DNA of 64,000 nucleotides from Octopus sinensis. Taxonomy: Eukaryota. This document shows positions 26,911 through 40,566 of this stretch, one piece after another. The position numbers and the translations under genes are program-made. The stretch lies in NCBI RefSeq assembly GCF_006345805.1, contig NC_043006.1, forward strand, positions 66,650,001-66,714,000. The letters are read 5' to 3'. The number at the start of each line of letters is the position of its first letter. The stretch's first letter is position 1. Under the pieces are notes generated by a model. It saw only the letters and a list, made by a program, of their open reading frames with translations. It was not told the DNA's origin and searched no databases.

Positions 26911-29660
26911 CAACTTGGTGTAGTTGTGTGTGCTATATCGCCCTCCAGATGCCCCAAGCCATGTAGGCAAGTTTGAAGACTGCCTTATAAAAATAGAAGT
27001 CCTAGTCACATTAGAACAACACATAAGTACTTCTTATGGGAGACTTCAATCTACCCAATGTCAGATGGCCCGAGGGCCTTCTCTCCCAGGAATGACACGA
27101 TTGAACGAGGACAGGCGAGGTCCCTCCTGAACCTCATCAACACCCTGTACATGGAACAAGTAATACTCCAACCAACCAGGGCAGGTAACACACTGGATCT
27201 CTGCTTCACAAATAATATGGATCTCATCCATAATGTGAAAGTGACACCGACACTACTCTCGGATCACAACATGGTAGAGCTGACCACGTACGGGCCAAAG
27301 GAAAGCATGGACATGCAGCCTACAAGAAACTCTCAGAATCTTTCCAGCTTGAACTTCCATAAGGCAAACTGGAAACAAATTGAGAAAGAGATCCTCAAAC
27401 AAAACTGACCTGAATGTCTCTCCTCACCAGACATCGCCAGACATTCAACAATCCATGTCTGTAATGCAAGCCATGTGCTGCAAATGTGTCCCAGAGAGAA
27501 AGGCCACTGTACACAAGAACAAAATCCCCAGAGAGAGGACAATTTTAATGAGACGGCGTACAAAAATTTCAAATCGCCTAAACAAACAAATTGAAAGCAG
27601 TGAAAAGTCCCGCCTGAAAATAAAACTGTGTTGCAAATTGAAAAATGTCTGCAACTCTCCCATGAAAAGGAAAGAGCAGACAAAAAGCCTGGGCTATAGA
27701 CAACATAAAATCTAACCCCAGCTTTTCTACAGGTATGCCAAAGAAACAGCTACGGTGCACTGTAGGATAGGGCCACTCCTTGAAAAGGATGGCACACTCA
27801 CAGGAATCCAATGAGGGTAAGTGAAATACTGAATGATCAATTCAAGAGTGTTTTCACTCCACCCCTGGGCATTTCCAAATCACCATCCAACTGACTTCTT
27901 TACCACTGCGATATAAAATCAGAGGCAGCGATGATAGATTACATCAATATAAAGGAAGACGATGTAATAAAGGCTATAGATGAAATGAAAAACAGACTCA
28001 GCTACTGGCCCCGATGGATTCCTGCAATCCTCCTAAAAGTATGTAAGAGAGTCCTAGCAAGACCACTGCAGTTCCTCTTTCAGAGCATCCTTGCAACTGG
28101 CAAACTTCCAAGAAAACTGAAGGAAGGTAAAATATGCCCTATTCATAAAGGAGTTAGCAGAGCGTAGGCCAAGAACTACAGACCTATCTCTCTGACCTCA
28201 ACATCAGCAAGGTCATGGAACGAATAGTCAGAAGGAAACTGATCACCTTCCTTGAAGAAAATGACTTGCGGCCTGACACCCAACATGGTTTCCGAACCAG
28301 GAAGAAGCTGCTTAACTCAGCTCCTACAAACACTATGACTGGGTGCTGAAACGACTGCTCAACCACTCCAATGTGGAAGTGATATATCGCGACTTTGCAA
28401 AGGCCTTGATAAAGTCGATCATGGAATGATATGTCACAAACTGCGTGATCTTAGCATAGTTGGAAAACTGGGAGAATGGCTTCATGACTTTCTGAAGGAT
28501 AGAAGTCAGGTGGTAGTAGCCAATGGGGCCACTTCCATCAACACGCAAATAGTGAGCGGTGTTCCGCAGGGCACTGTTTTGGGACCACTACTGTTCATAA
28601 TGGCCCTCTCAGCCACGCAGAGAGCCACGATCACAAGTTATGCAGATGATACAAAAGTTTCACAGGCAATACAGAACCCTGAAGACACTAAACGCCTGCA
28701 ATGTGAGCTGGACAATATATATAAGTGGGCTGAAAAGAATAGCATGCAGTTCAATGCTGAAAAGTTTCAAGGTTTATGCTATCAGCATGCAAAACTAAAT
28801 GCAATACCCAATGAATACACTGGACCTGGAGGAATTGCAATCCCAGAGGCACAATCAGTGCGTGACCTGGGTATTTACATGAGTGATGACGCAACCTTTC
28901 GTGTACATGTTGCTAAATTGGCAATGAAATGTAGACGACTGGCCGGGTGGATTCTTAGAACCTTTAGAACAAGAGAACAAGAAACCATGATGGTTCTCTG
29001 GAGGACACCTGTCCGAAGCCACTTCGACTATTGCTCTCAGCTATGGTCACCATCCAGTGTCAAGTTGATCACAGAACTTGAGGCGATCCAACGTAGCTAC
29101 ACGAAGAAGATAGCCTCTGTGCAGCATATAAGCTACTGGGAAAGACTCAAGAGATTAAAACTTTATTCCTTGGAGCGTAGGCGAGAAAGATATGCCATAA
29201 TATACATCTGAAAGATCTTGGAAGGACTTGTCCCAAACTTTGGCATCGAGAGTTACACAAATGCCAGAACTGGGCGCCACTGCGTGGTGCCAAGGACTCC
29301 AAATTTACCATCAAGATGTAGGACAAGATACTGTGATAGCCTGGGCTTCCGAGGCCCACAGCTCTTCAATATCCTCCCGGAGAACCTAAGAGACCTGCAT
29401 GGGGTGGATGCAGATGTCTTTAAAATGAAACTGGATCTCTTCTTGTCGGGTATCCCAGATGAACCAACTTCACGGCAGGAAGTGCAGATGAGGGCAGCTG
29501 CATCGAACTCTCTCATGCACCAAATGGCAGTTGCTAAAAAGCATTCGTGAAGTAAAACCATGTAGCAACACCAAATGGCGGTGCCCCAGCATGGCTACAG
29601 CTCGTGAGCTGAAACTAAATAAAATAAAAAATAAAATAAAAAAATAAAAATAAATAATAA
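26907..29660 (+). mobile_element. 5'-truncated CR1-group LINE: APE C-terminal part, RT, 3' UTR and A-rich tail (decayed)
   Basis: APE motifs YRPP, MGDFNL, PTRAGNTLDLCFTN and SDH. RT motifs NYRPISLT, QHGFR, SGVPQGTVLGPLLF, YADDTK, DYCSQLWSP and LYSLERRRER. Several stops and frameshifts; ends in (TAAAA)n. Confidence 0.93.
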
Positions 29661-29693
29661 ATATATATATATATATATATATTATATATAATA

Positions 29694-29743
<50 letters not shown>

Positions 29744-29821
29744 ATAATATATATAAGCATAAGAAGTCTCTGAATGAGAGGTAAACAGTAGAGGCACGAA
29801 ATCGTGAAGTATATTTTCCAT

Positions 29822-30308
29822 CTTAAAATGGTTGACACATATGGGACGCTGCTACTTTAGTTTATATCCCCAGGAAGACATCAACTCTAGCTGGCTAACG
29901 AGGCATTCTGTCCGATCGGAGCCGGTTTTCTAAGTAGTAAACCGTCATCAGCGTGTATCGATCACTCGCCCAGGATGAGAAGTTATTTCGAACGCAAATA
30001 CATATGCTTTTTCCAGTGACAAAGATTTTCAAGATCAGTGACTTTTTGTCAGTGGAAACAGCATATGTATTTGCGTTCGAAATCACCTCTTATGCCTAGT
30101 CGGTGATTGTCACAGGCTAATGACGGGTTACTACCAGAAAACCGGGTCCGTGTGTATCACTTCAGGCTGGAGATGGGAACGATAATTTCCCTTCGCAAAT
30201 ACTGATCGGGCACACACGGTGTCTCGTTAGCCAACTGGCTTACATAGATGTCTTCCTGGAGATATAAACTAGAGCGGCATCGTTCCATATGGGTCAGCCA
30301 TATTTAAG
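29822..30308. mobile_element. MITE with about 85-bp imperfect terminal inverted repeats
   Basis: Left CTTAAAATGGTTGACACATATGGGACG...TAGTTTATATCCCCAGGAAGACATC...TGGCTAACGAGGCA matches the reverse complement of 30220-30308. Confidence 0.8.
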
Positions 30309-30326
30309 TGGCAAATATACTTCACC

Positions 30327-30359
<33 letters not shown>

Positions 30360-30361
<2 letters not shown>

Positions 30362-30580
30362 GTCAATTCAAAAAGCAGAGAAATAAGTAAAAGAAATATC
30401 AAACACACGAGAGGACTGAGCATCGGCAATGTATTGACAAGACGCTCGGAAAAAGAAGAGAGTTGTGTGGTTTTACGTTTCGAGCATAGCTCTTCATCGG
30501 AAACAGGAAAAGCAGGAAAGCCCAAAGAGAAAGACGGCAGAAGGAGGGAAAATCGACAACAGTTCACGTGCGGTTACATT
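30360..30580 (-). mobile_element. Short Penelope-pLTR-like element with minimal hammerhead motif (30470-30504)
   Basis: Minus strand CCGATGA-A-GAGC-TAT-GCTC-GAAAC-GT-A. The 3' end abuts (TA)n. Confidence 0.65.
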
Positions 30581-30584
30581 TTAT

Positions 30585-30649
<65 letters not shown>

Positions 30650-30679
30650 TGTTTGTGTATGCATATATACAATTTTCCT

Positions 30680-31080
30680 TTTTTTACTTGTTTCAGTCAT
30701 TTGACTACGGCCATGCTGGGGCACCGCCTTTAGTCGAGCAAATCTTCCTCAGCATTTACTTTTTTTAAGCCCAGTACTTATTCTATGGGTCTTTTGCCAA
30801 ACCGCTAAGGTACGGAGATACCAGTATGGTTTGTCAAGCAATGCTGGTGGACAAACACAAACACACAAACTTATTCACACGCACACACACACACACATAC
30901 ACACACACCCACACACACATATATATATATATATACTTATACAACAGGCTTATTTCAGTTTCCGCCTACCAAATCCACTCACAAGGCTTTGGTCGGCCCG
31001 AGACTATAGTAGAACGTACTTGCCCAAGGTGCCACGACCATGTGGTCGTGAAGCAAACTAGTTACCAAATAACCACTTCT
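30680..31080 (-). mobile_element. SINE family A
   Basis: Tail and head segments match the family. Confidence 0.85.
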
Positions 31081-31113
31081 GAGACTATATATTTACATAT
31101 ACATATAATATAT

Positions 31114-31199
<86 letters not shown>

Positions 31200-31289
31200 T
31201 ATATATATATGTATATATATGTTTGTGTGTATTTATAACATCCTTCAAAATGGTGTCCAAACGTGGCCGCAATCCGATATCTTAAACAC

Positions 31290-31645
31290 GGGGCGTGTTC
31301 AGTGGCTTGTTTACCAACCACATTGTTCCGGGTTCAGTCCTTCCCACTTCCTGTAGCCTTGGTCAAGTATCTTCTACTTTAGGTTCGGGCGAACAAAGGT
31401 TTGTGTATGGATTTGGTAGACGGAAACTGAAAGAAGCCCTTCGTATATTTACATATATATATATATATATGGGGGGGGGTGATAATCGCCTCACCATCAT
31501 TTGACATCAGACGTTGACGTGTTTACGTCCCCGTAACTTAGCGGTTCGGTAAAAGAGACCCATAGAATATGTACAATGTTTACAAAGAATAACTCCGGAG
31601 GTCGCCGCAGTCAACTGACTGAAACAAGTAAAAGAATAAAAGAAC
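31290..31645 (+). mobile_element. SINE family A with internal deletions
   Basis: Contains GGATTTGGTAGACGGAAACTGAAAGAAGCCC and tail CAGTCAACTGACTGAAACAAGTAAAAGA. Confidence 0.85.
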
Positions 31646-31699
31646 ATATACATAAATACACACACACAGACATAAATACATGCATAGATACATACTTGC

Positions 31700-31831
31700 A
31701 TGCATGCATACATACATGCATACATACATACATACATACATACATACATACATACATACATACATAAATACATACATACATACAAACATACATACATACA
31801 TACATACATACATACATAAATACATGCATGC

Positions 31832-31862
<31 letters not shown>

Positions 31863-32098
31863 CACACACACATACATACATACATACATACATACATACA
31901 TACATACATACATACATAAATACATGCATGCATACATACATACATACATACATACATACATACATACATACATACATACATACATACGTACGTACGTACG
32001 TACATACATACATACGTACGTACGTACGTACATACATACATACATACATACATACATACATACATACATACATACATACATACATACATGCATACATG
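31700..32098. repeat. (CATA)n microsatellite with CGTA/CATG variants
   Basis: Directly visible. Confidence 0.95.
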
Positions 32099-32546
32099 CC
32101 CCTTGTAGTTGTGAATAGGCACCCTTAATCTCCTGGCAATCTATATTTTTAGACCCAGTTTATACGGATGTCCAAAAGCATCCCTACATATTTAATTGAG
32201 ATACAAGCAGCTCGGTAAATAAACAAGCATAAATTATAAGCCCTTAAGTCCAGAGAATCTTTAAGACACAAGAATATGCCGCCCCAGCTTGGTCGAAAAC
32301 CAGTTACTAGAAAATTTTAACTGATAGAAGAATGCATAGTTATATGTACATATATAAAGTTATACACACATAGTTGTATAACTATATACATATATACCCA
32401 TGCGCATACAAACAAGTATATACATATTTACACACATATACACAAAAATGTGCATGTATACACAAACCAACACCTACACAAATTCATATGTATGCATATT
32501 CTCTATATGTTATGTATGTATATATATGACGTATAAATGCTATATG

Positions 32547-32609
<63 letters not shown>

Positions 32610-33382
32610 CAATACATGCTATATACATATACATGCATATATATAATAATATATATTATACATGTGTATATATATATACATATATACATAGACACATATT
32701 ATATATATATCTATATTATATATTATAATACTATATACACACACACACACATACATATGTGTGTGTGTGTGTGTGTATACACAAACAAACGTACGAACAT
32801 ATACTTATACAAAAGTATACATTCAAATGCCGCTATCGAACAGCAATTAATCCGTAGGTCGACTAATTACTTTGAGCAATTATTACTGTTAACAATGTCA
32901 TTAATGAGACACGTGACTAGATGTGGGGGTGAACATGGAGTCTGTTGATATGCCACAGTTAGAAACGGCAATAATTATCGCTACAAGACTGCAGCGACGT
33001 TGTTTATATGAGACATCAAGAACTAGAACAAGCACTAGAAATGTACCTACCATAACAAATAGTGGTTGATACGATAGAGGCAAGAATAACGATAATAAAA
33101 AGAGCTACGTCACTAACAATAACAGAAGAGAAGAGCGTCGTAATTTGCTTGAAGCATTGTAGTACAGATGTAGAAAATGACAGGATCTAAGTAAATACAT
33201 ATTATTTTTTAACTGTACTCTTCTGGATATAGGCATTTGCACCTGAAATACAAAAGTTTTTTTTAATTTTTTTAAACTTTCTCCATTATTAGAAACTTCA
33301 ATTACTTTTCATTTTTTTTTTCGTTTTCTTTTAGTTCAGTAACAATAGTTTTTGTAGATTGTTGATATAAATAAAATGATAT

Positions 33383-33622
33383 ATGCACCCTTTTAAAGCC
33401 TAGCTAGGCTCATGGGCCAGGTTTCCCGGTTTCTTTGGCGTATGCGTTCCCCAGCTGGACGGGACGCCAGTCCATCGCAGCGTTACTCATTTTTGCCAGT
33501 TGAATGGACTGGAGCAACGCGAAATGAAGTGATTTGCTCAAGAACACAACGCGTCGCCCAGTCCAGGAATCGAAACCACAATCTTTCGATCATGATGCTG
33601 ACCACTAAGCCACGCACCTCCA
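33383..33622 (-). mobile_element. tRNA-derived SINE family C (CORE-like central domain)
   Basis: A box TGGCTTAGTGG and B-box-like GTTTCGATTCC, then GTGTTCTTGAGCAAATCACTTCATTTC...CCAGTCCATTCAACTG, which resembles the CORE domain. Confidence 0.8.
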
Positions 33623-33789
33623 GAGTTTGCTACTATAGCAGAGCTTTATACAACAACTGTAATGACATCAATAACTGCAATAGCGGCAACAACAACAACT
33701 ACTACTACTACTACTACTACTACTATAACACTACTAACAACAAGGATATGGAACTTGTTAACATGACTATCTATACAACAATAATATAC

Positions 33790-34208
33790 TGACACTGAGA
33801 AACTGGTGAAGCGCTCTCCGATGTCATCAGGACTATGTGAAGAATATTTTGTCCGTATTGCCGAAACGAACTTAGCGTCAAATTTGGAATTTATGCAAGG
33901 CGGAGACCCCATGCCATACGTGTCCTACACAGTTCAGGCTTACAACACCTAAATACACAGCAACACAGTTACTATTCCTCAATTGCTCCAGCTCTAATTA
34001 ACATTATCCCAAAGAAATCAAAGAAGAAAAAGATCCCATCACCTTCAAATGACATCTGGACCACATTCTTCAAAGGATACCAAAAAATCTACCGAGATAT
34101 GGATATATTTCAGTCAAAAACTCCCTACTTCAATGCGCCATGAGACCATAAAAACCTGACTTTAAAATGATTTAACAGATTCGGTCACCTGGTGATATTC
34201 AGTTAGAC
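33790..34208 (+). mobile_element. CR1-group LINE 3' end relic
   Basis: Across frames it reads APALINIIPKEIKEEKDPITFK*HLDHILQRIP...NSLLQ, comparable to GPQLFNILPENLR...FKMKLDLFLSGIP at 29350-29460. Confidence 0.55.
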
Positions 34209-34210
34209 AT

Positions 34211-34600
34211 AAGGCGGCGAGCTGGCAGAAACGTTAGCACGCCGGGCGAAATGCGTAGCCGTATTTCGTCTGCCGTTACGTTGTGAGTTCAAATTCCGCC
34301 GAAGTCGACTTTGCCTTTCAGCCTTTCGGGGTCGATAAATTAAGTACCAGTTACACACTGGGGTCGATATAATCGACTTAATCTGTTTGTCTGCCTTGTT
34401 TGTCCTCTCTGTGTTTAGCCCCTTGTGGGTAGTAAAGAAATAGGTATTTCGCCCGTCGCTGCGTTCTGAGTTCAAATTCCGCAGAAGTGAACTTTGCCTT
34501 TCGTCCTTTCCAAGTAGATAAATTAAGTACCAGAGAAACACTGGGATCAACTAATCCCCATCCGACAAATTTGAAGCCTTCTACCTCCAACCAAACGGAT
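34211..34600 (+). mobile_element. SINE family B (MetaSINE-like), composite of two bodies
   Basis: Head GGCGGCGAGCTGGCAGAAACGTTAGC, B-box-like GAGTTCAAATTC and Meta-like GCCTTTCAGCCTTTCGGGGTCGATAAATTAAGTACCAG. A second body starts near 34443. Confidence 0.85.
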
Positions 34601-34687
34601 ATTCATTTAGACAAGTCCTCGACCATTTTCAAGCTGAAACATATCTCACTTTATCCAAGGTTATAAATACACACACACACACACACA

Positions 34688-34753
<66 letters not shown>

Positions 34754-35135
34754 GTACATACATTTATAGAGAGAGATATCTGCCAACAAAATTCATGCAC
34801 AATGCATTCGTTGGTTCGGAGCCCATTTACAAGGCTCTTGCCCAAATTGGTATGCAATGGAACAGAACCCGAAATGCCGTGACTGTAAAAGAACAGTATT
34901 TAATCACACAGTCTTTCCAATAACTCCACCAGTTATTCATCTCTGTTTACAGTTCTTTACATTTAGCGTGTTTCTGTATTTGGAATCTCCGTTAGGATTG
35001 ATAAATCGATCAGAAGACTTTTAATTTCCTGGTGCACTTCGACAATAATATCTGAACGATTTGTCTCCGTCTACCTTTGTGCATGAATCTATGTCGCACA
35101 GTATGATAACTTTGTCATTATTAGAGACACACTCT

Positions 35136-35167
<32 letters not shown>

Positions 35168-35255
35168 TGAGAGAGAGTTTGTGTGTGTTTGTCTCTGTAC
35201 GACCATCTGTGTTTCTCTGTTGGCATGCCATAGTGCTTAGTTTCCAATGTGTAAT

Positions 35256-35449
35256 AAGGCGGTGAGCAGGCGGAATCGCTTGCACGCCGGACGAAATGCT
35301 TAGCAGCACTTCCTCCGACTTTTCGTTCTGCTTACAAATTCTGCCGAGTTCGACTTTACCGTTCATGCTTTCGGAGTCAATGAAATAAGTACCAGTGAAA
35401 TACTGAGCTCGATGTAATTGACTACGCCCCTCCCCCCAAAATTTCAGGC

Positions 35450-35509
<60 letters not shown>

Positions 35510-35605
35510 TTTTATTATTATTATAATGATTATTATTATTATTATTATAATCATATTATTATTATTATTATTATTATCATTATTATTATTATTATTATTA
35601 TTATG

Positions 35606-35658
<53 letters not shown>

Positions 35659-36055
35659 GAAGGCGACGAGCTGGCAGAATTGTTAGCACGCCGGGTAAAA
35701 TGCTTAGCAGTATTTCATCCATCTTTACGTTCCGAGTTCAAATGTCACCGAGCTCGACTTTGCGTTTCATCTTGTCGGGGTCGATAAAAATAAGAACCAG
35801 TCACGAACTGGGGTCAATGAGATCGACATATAACCAGCCCTGGAATTTCTGGCCTTGTACCAGAGTTTGAAACCGATATATAATCCGTCTCTATGGCGTC
35901 GAGCTGTCAGAATCGTTAGCAAACCGGGTGAAACGCTTAGCGGTTTTTCATCCGTCTGTACGGTCTGAGTTCAAATTCAGCAGAGGTGAAGTTAGCCCTT
36001 CATCATTTCGGGGTCGATAAAATAAGTGCCAGTTGAACACAAGGGTTGATGTAAA
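35256..36055 (+). mobile_element. Three tandem SINE family B copies (35256-35450, 35660-35878, 35894-36055) with an intervening (ATT)n tract
   Basis: Each copy has the same head and Meta-like domain. (ATT)n spans 35450-35658. Confidence 0.85.
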
Positions 36056-36424
36056 CAAGTAAAAGATAAAAGATACGCTGCTTTACTGGGTCGTTTCAGT
36101 TGCATATCACATTAGGTATATACTGTGTTCTACTGTGTTAGCAGTGCTATTCAATCATTTTATATTTCCTATACAAATTATAGCCAGCACTGATTTTCTT
36201 ACGAAGTTTCGTATCCGTATACTTCTATTGTATGTAAGCAACAACGAGCTCGAAGATGGAAAATGCGTAACGGCTGTGTGTCCCAATATCAGCGATGAGT
36301 TTGCAGATTGTTAATGGGTTGGACGGGCGCTGATGAAGGGGCAAAGCCTACTAAAATATAGCATATACACCCAGTCCTCAGTCTTTGTCTTCGGTGGCAT
36401 TGTTGTTTGCATTAATCGAACTTA

Positions 36425-36634
36425 TGGAGGCGCGTGCGTTAGTGGTTAGGGTGTCAACATCATGATCGTAAGATTATGGTTTCGATTCCTGGACTGGGCG
36501 ACGCGTTGTGTTCTTGAGCAAAACATTTCATTTCACGTTGCTCCAGTCCACTCAGCTGGCAAAAATGAGTAACGCTGCGATGGACTGGCGTCCCGTCCAG
36601 CTGGGGAACACATACGCCATAGAAACCGGGAAAC
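36425..36634 (+). mobile_element. SINE family C
   Basis: Close match to the reverse complement of 33415-33622. Confidence 0.85.
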
Positions 36635-36707
36635 GTCTGTTAATGTCTGTTTTCCCATTTTCAATTTTAAAATATCTGTCGTTTCGGACATTGTTATTAT
36701 CAGGGAG

Positions 36708-37091
36708 TGGAGGCGCAATGGCCCAGTGGTTAGGGCAGCGGACTCGCGGTCATAGGATCGCGGTTTCGATTCCCAGACCGGGCGTTGTGAGTGTTTATTG
36801 AGCGAAAACACCTAAAGCTCCACGAGGCTCCGACAGGGGATGGTGGTGATCCCTGCTGACTCTTTCACCACAACTTTCTCTCACTCTTACTTCTGTTTTG
36901 TTGTACCTTGTATTTCAAAGGCCGGCCTTGTCACTCTGTGTCACGCTGAATATCCCCGAGAACTACGTTAAGGGTACACGTGTCTGTGGAGTGCTCAGCC
37001 ACTTACACGTTAATTTCACGAGCAGGCTGTTCCGTTGATTCGGATCAACCGGAACCCTCGTCGTCGTAACCGACGGAGTGCTTCCATCATC
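36708..37091 (+). mobile_element. tRNA-derived SINE family D
   Basis: A box TGGCCCAGTGG and B-box-like GTTTCGATTCC, with a distinct body and short CATCATC tail. Only one copy in the window. Confidence 0.7.
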
Positions 37092-37129
37092 TTGTCATTA
37101 TTGCAGACAGAAAACTTTAGCAATATGAA

Positions 37130-38750
37130 GGTCAGCGCCAGTATTCCTGTTATTATCATTGCGTTTTAACTTCAGCGTTTACATCTCCTTACCCTTTTAT
37201 TTTATTACTATCTTCCGTAGAGTTGCATGTGAACTTAGTCACCTTCTTGTATGTGTTCGTATCTTTGTATTTCTTCAAGATACATCACATTTTTATCTTG
37301 TTCAGTTTTTTTTTAAGTATTTTATATTTAGTTTCTCCTTATTTTTCGTTTCGATGTTTTTATTGTCTAATAGTAAATATTTTTTTTATGTTTTCTAGCA
37401 GCATAAAACCCCTACATCCCTGCATTCATGGTAAATATAATATTTGTACTTTATATTTTAAGTGTTGTGTTATAAATTTGGTTATTACCTTTTCACGTTT
37501 TTTCTAGCTGGTCTGCCTAATTCATTTAGCGACCAGTTCATAATATCATGACAATATCTTTTAGGTCATCTAAGCTATTGACACCTATTACCTTATTTCT
37601 TTCTTCTTTCTTTTTCTTCTTTCTGGCATTCAGATCTGTTTCCACTATTAATCTCAAGCGTCTCTAATATTCAATTATAATCTTTTCTTTCATCTGTCTC
37701 CGTTTCCTCTGCCTAGTTCATTATTTTCCTAAGTATTTGTAAGTCTGTGTTTGGACTAATTCTCTTATCTCTGTTTCTTTACCTAACATAACGTTAGCGG
37801 TTTTAATTAATTTTTCTCTTTGTAATGTGGTTTGCGCATATTTTCCCAAATCGAATTACATAGCAATTCCCTTACTGATACTCTGCTCTGTAACAACTTA
37901 TTCAAGTATTTGTTGTCTGCAGAACAAAGTTGTCGCTGCTGATTTCATTGTATTCTTCCTTTTCATGTTTTCCCTGTTCTCAATATAGGTTTAAACTTCC
38001 AGGAAATGTCTACTTTCTTCTGGGATTACTACAGATATCACATGGATTAATTAATATACCCTGATGATATTTATATTTGCATATGTTTCCAGTTCGTCTG
38101 TGTTGGCCCGATTTTAGTATTTTTCATTTGTGTTTTTGCTTTGTTCTCTCGTTGAGAAAAATATGACCGTTTCGTGTATCTTTTGATAGACCAGAAACAG
38201 ATCTTCCTTCTATCGATTGCAATTCTTTTACAATTTCTAACTTTAGATTATTGATATATTCAACATTTCCAACTTTAGATCATTCTTTTAACTTCCTCTA
38301 TACCCACACGTATTTCTCTTTGTCGTATTATTTCGACTTTTGTTGGTCAGTATTCTCAAAGTTTGCTAGAATTTGATTTTGTGACTGTTTTCTGATATTG
38401 TTTTGCTTTCTTTTGCTTGTATTAAATCCATATTCCTCCTAACTTATTCTCTCAGTTTATAGCTCAAATGGGTTTTGCTTTAATAATTTTTCGCAAATTG
38501 TATATTTGTCGATTAATCTCTTTTGTTCGTCGTTTTGTTTTTGCCAAAACTTCTTGATTTTCGTTGCTCTATTTCTATACACAACATGATTTTCGTTTTT
38601 CGTATGTATTTTCTTAAAATGGCAAATCTACGAGGATCCAAAATTACTTGTAAGTGAAATATGCAATTTGTATAAAAACATATTTCTCCTGTGTCGATTT
38701 ATATTTTCTTCGAGACAGAGAAAAAAATACAAAAACCTATCGCTATCTAT
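37130..38750 (-). mobile_element. Highly decayed R4/Dong-like LINE
   Basis: Minus strand reads EIRELVQTQTYKYLG, MKEKIIIEY*RRLRLIVETDLNA, IMNWSLNEL and ILYLP*MQGCRGF, matching R4/Dong thumb-region motifs (YKYLG, LYLPRxxGGRGL). Confidence 0.7.
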
Positions 38751-39407
38751 TTGCATTTTCCTCATTTTCATTGGATCACAGTTTGTTTCTGACAACGTGC
38801 AGATATCCCTTTGTCTTATACTAATGTTTATATTCACCGTCTCTTTTCTGTTACTTTTGAATAATATCCAGTCTAAGAAATCCTAACTTCATCGCGCCTG
38901 GCTATGAGTTACAGCTGCAGAGGACGTAGCTAATTATTTCTTCACATTTCCACATTTTCGATAGTCACACTATTCTACGTCATTATGTTTTGGTAATTTT
39001 TCGATGGAGTGGTTGAATCTTATATCGCAATCAGTCTTAGAACTAAGTCATGTTTCTAAACCAATCTTGCGATTTTTCTTTCGATATTGACCATATAGAA
39101 GATTTTCTTGCCACCGCTTTATTGTGATATTCTTTAATTTCACTGACAGGGCAATTTATGATATTTTCACAAACTTTGTTGTTATGTTTCTTGTCCACCA
39201 AAAGGTTTTGGTTCTTCCTGCCGATGTATTGTATTCGTTCGCCTCCTCCAATACACAAAACACTTGAAACTGCTTCCGGAAGTAGAGCTCTTGTCGGGTA
39301 TTCCAGGGAATTGAGGAGTGTGGAACCACCTGTAAGCCATTGTTGTTCTCCAGTTTTCTCTGATCCAGAATAGTAAAGGTAAGGAGTCACCTGTTTGAGT
39401 AATATCG

Positions 39408-39603
39408 ACTCATAACTTCCTGTTTCCTGGCTTCATAGCGTATGAATTCCCCACCTAGACGGGCCGGATTTATCATTTTTGCCAATTGAGTGGACTGGAG
39501 CAACCTGAAATGAAGTGTTTTGCTCAAGAACATAACACCTCGCCCGGTCTGCAATCTTCCGATCATGTTTCTAACATCCTAACCACTAAGGTACGCACCT
39601 CCA
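39408..39603 (-). mobile_element. SINE family C, diverged
   Basis: TGAGTGGACTGGAGCAACCTGAAATGAAGTGTTTTGCTCAAGAAC matches the family. Confidence 0.75.
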
Positions 39604-40183
39604 CTACATGTGTTGTAGCATCTATCATGGTCCTACCTATGGGTTGATGAACATCTACGTAATTGTACCAAGAAGAATGTCGCTTACAGACATCCCAACC
39701 GACCCGGGATAGATAAGGCCCTTCAGCATTTTAGCTGCTCACCTAAGATAAGATAACCTCTACCAAATGCTAGATTCCGATAATTGGCTTATTTAAATTG
39801 TTGCTCCGTATCAAAGCATAGCTACAAGGACAGTTGTGTGGGCCTTGACGTACACAACCCATTTCCACTATAATAATATTCTTCACACATATTGTGCAAC
39901 AAAGTAAGATACCAGTCCCAACATCATGGCGTTATTTCCGTAAATTCAGTGGCGATAGGGAAAGCCGCAACTTCCACTTGAACCTGTACATACGCGATCA
40001 TAGGTTGATGGTCGGTTTTTAACTTTGATTTAGCGAACCCACATTCGTTGAAGCGACGACTGATTTGACCAAGGGTATTAGATTTCAGTTATTCTTTACA
40101 ACATACTGTTGCAATCCGCCAGTGGACATTTGCAAATTCCTCGTTAAATAAAATCTTTGGGTGGTGTATTTTAAACAAAGTCA

Positions 40184-40566
40184 TTATTACCTCGCCCTTA
40201 GTGAAGGCGGAGGTATTGTTTCCAGTGGTGTTTGTTTGTTTGTTTTGTTTTTTTTTTGTCCGTGGACAAGATATTTCAAGAACTGCTCGTTGGATTCGGA
40301 TGAAACTTCCAGGTATGATTGGCCCCGTGACTAGGACGAACTGATTAGATGTTGGGATCGATCAAGTTCCAGACAACGATTCTGGATAATTTTTCCAACT
40401 TTTTCACTTTATTTTTGAGAGCAGTCATGTTCATTTTTAGTATTCTCGTTTGTGAATGCAGTCGAGTTTATTTCAGATACTCTTTTTTAAAAATCACCAC
40501 CGGCTAATTGTTGAGAGGACGTTGGTGATGCCTAGGTGGAGGTTTGCGCTCTCTGAGTGCTCCAGC
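40184..40566 (+). mobile_element. Helentron-associated non-autonomous element (HINE/DINE-1-like)
   Basis: 5' TTATTACCTCGCC...GGCGGAGGT inverted repeat, (GTTT)n tract, 3' subterminal GGTGGAGGT and hairpin GCGCTC-TCT-GAGTGC, in T-rich flanks. Confidence 0.75.

Noticed and set aside
36328-36360. CTGATGA followed by a short stem, hammerhead-like
   Set aside because: It lacks the GAAA and stem III half of the core.
36425-36790. tRNA-like sequences with A and B boxes
   Set aside because: They continue into SINE bodies and lack a complete cloverleaf, so they are SINE heads rather than tRNA genes.
39043-39390. 115-aa minus-strand ORF
   Set aside because: No recognisable domain; it lies among decayed LINE sequence.
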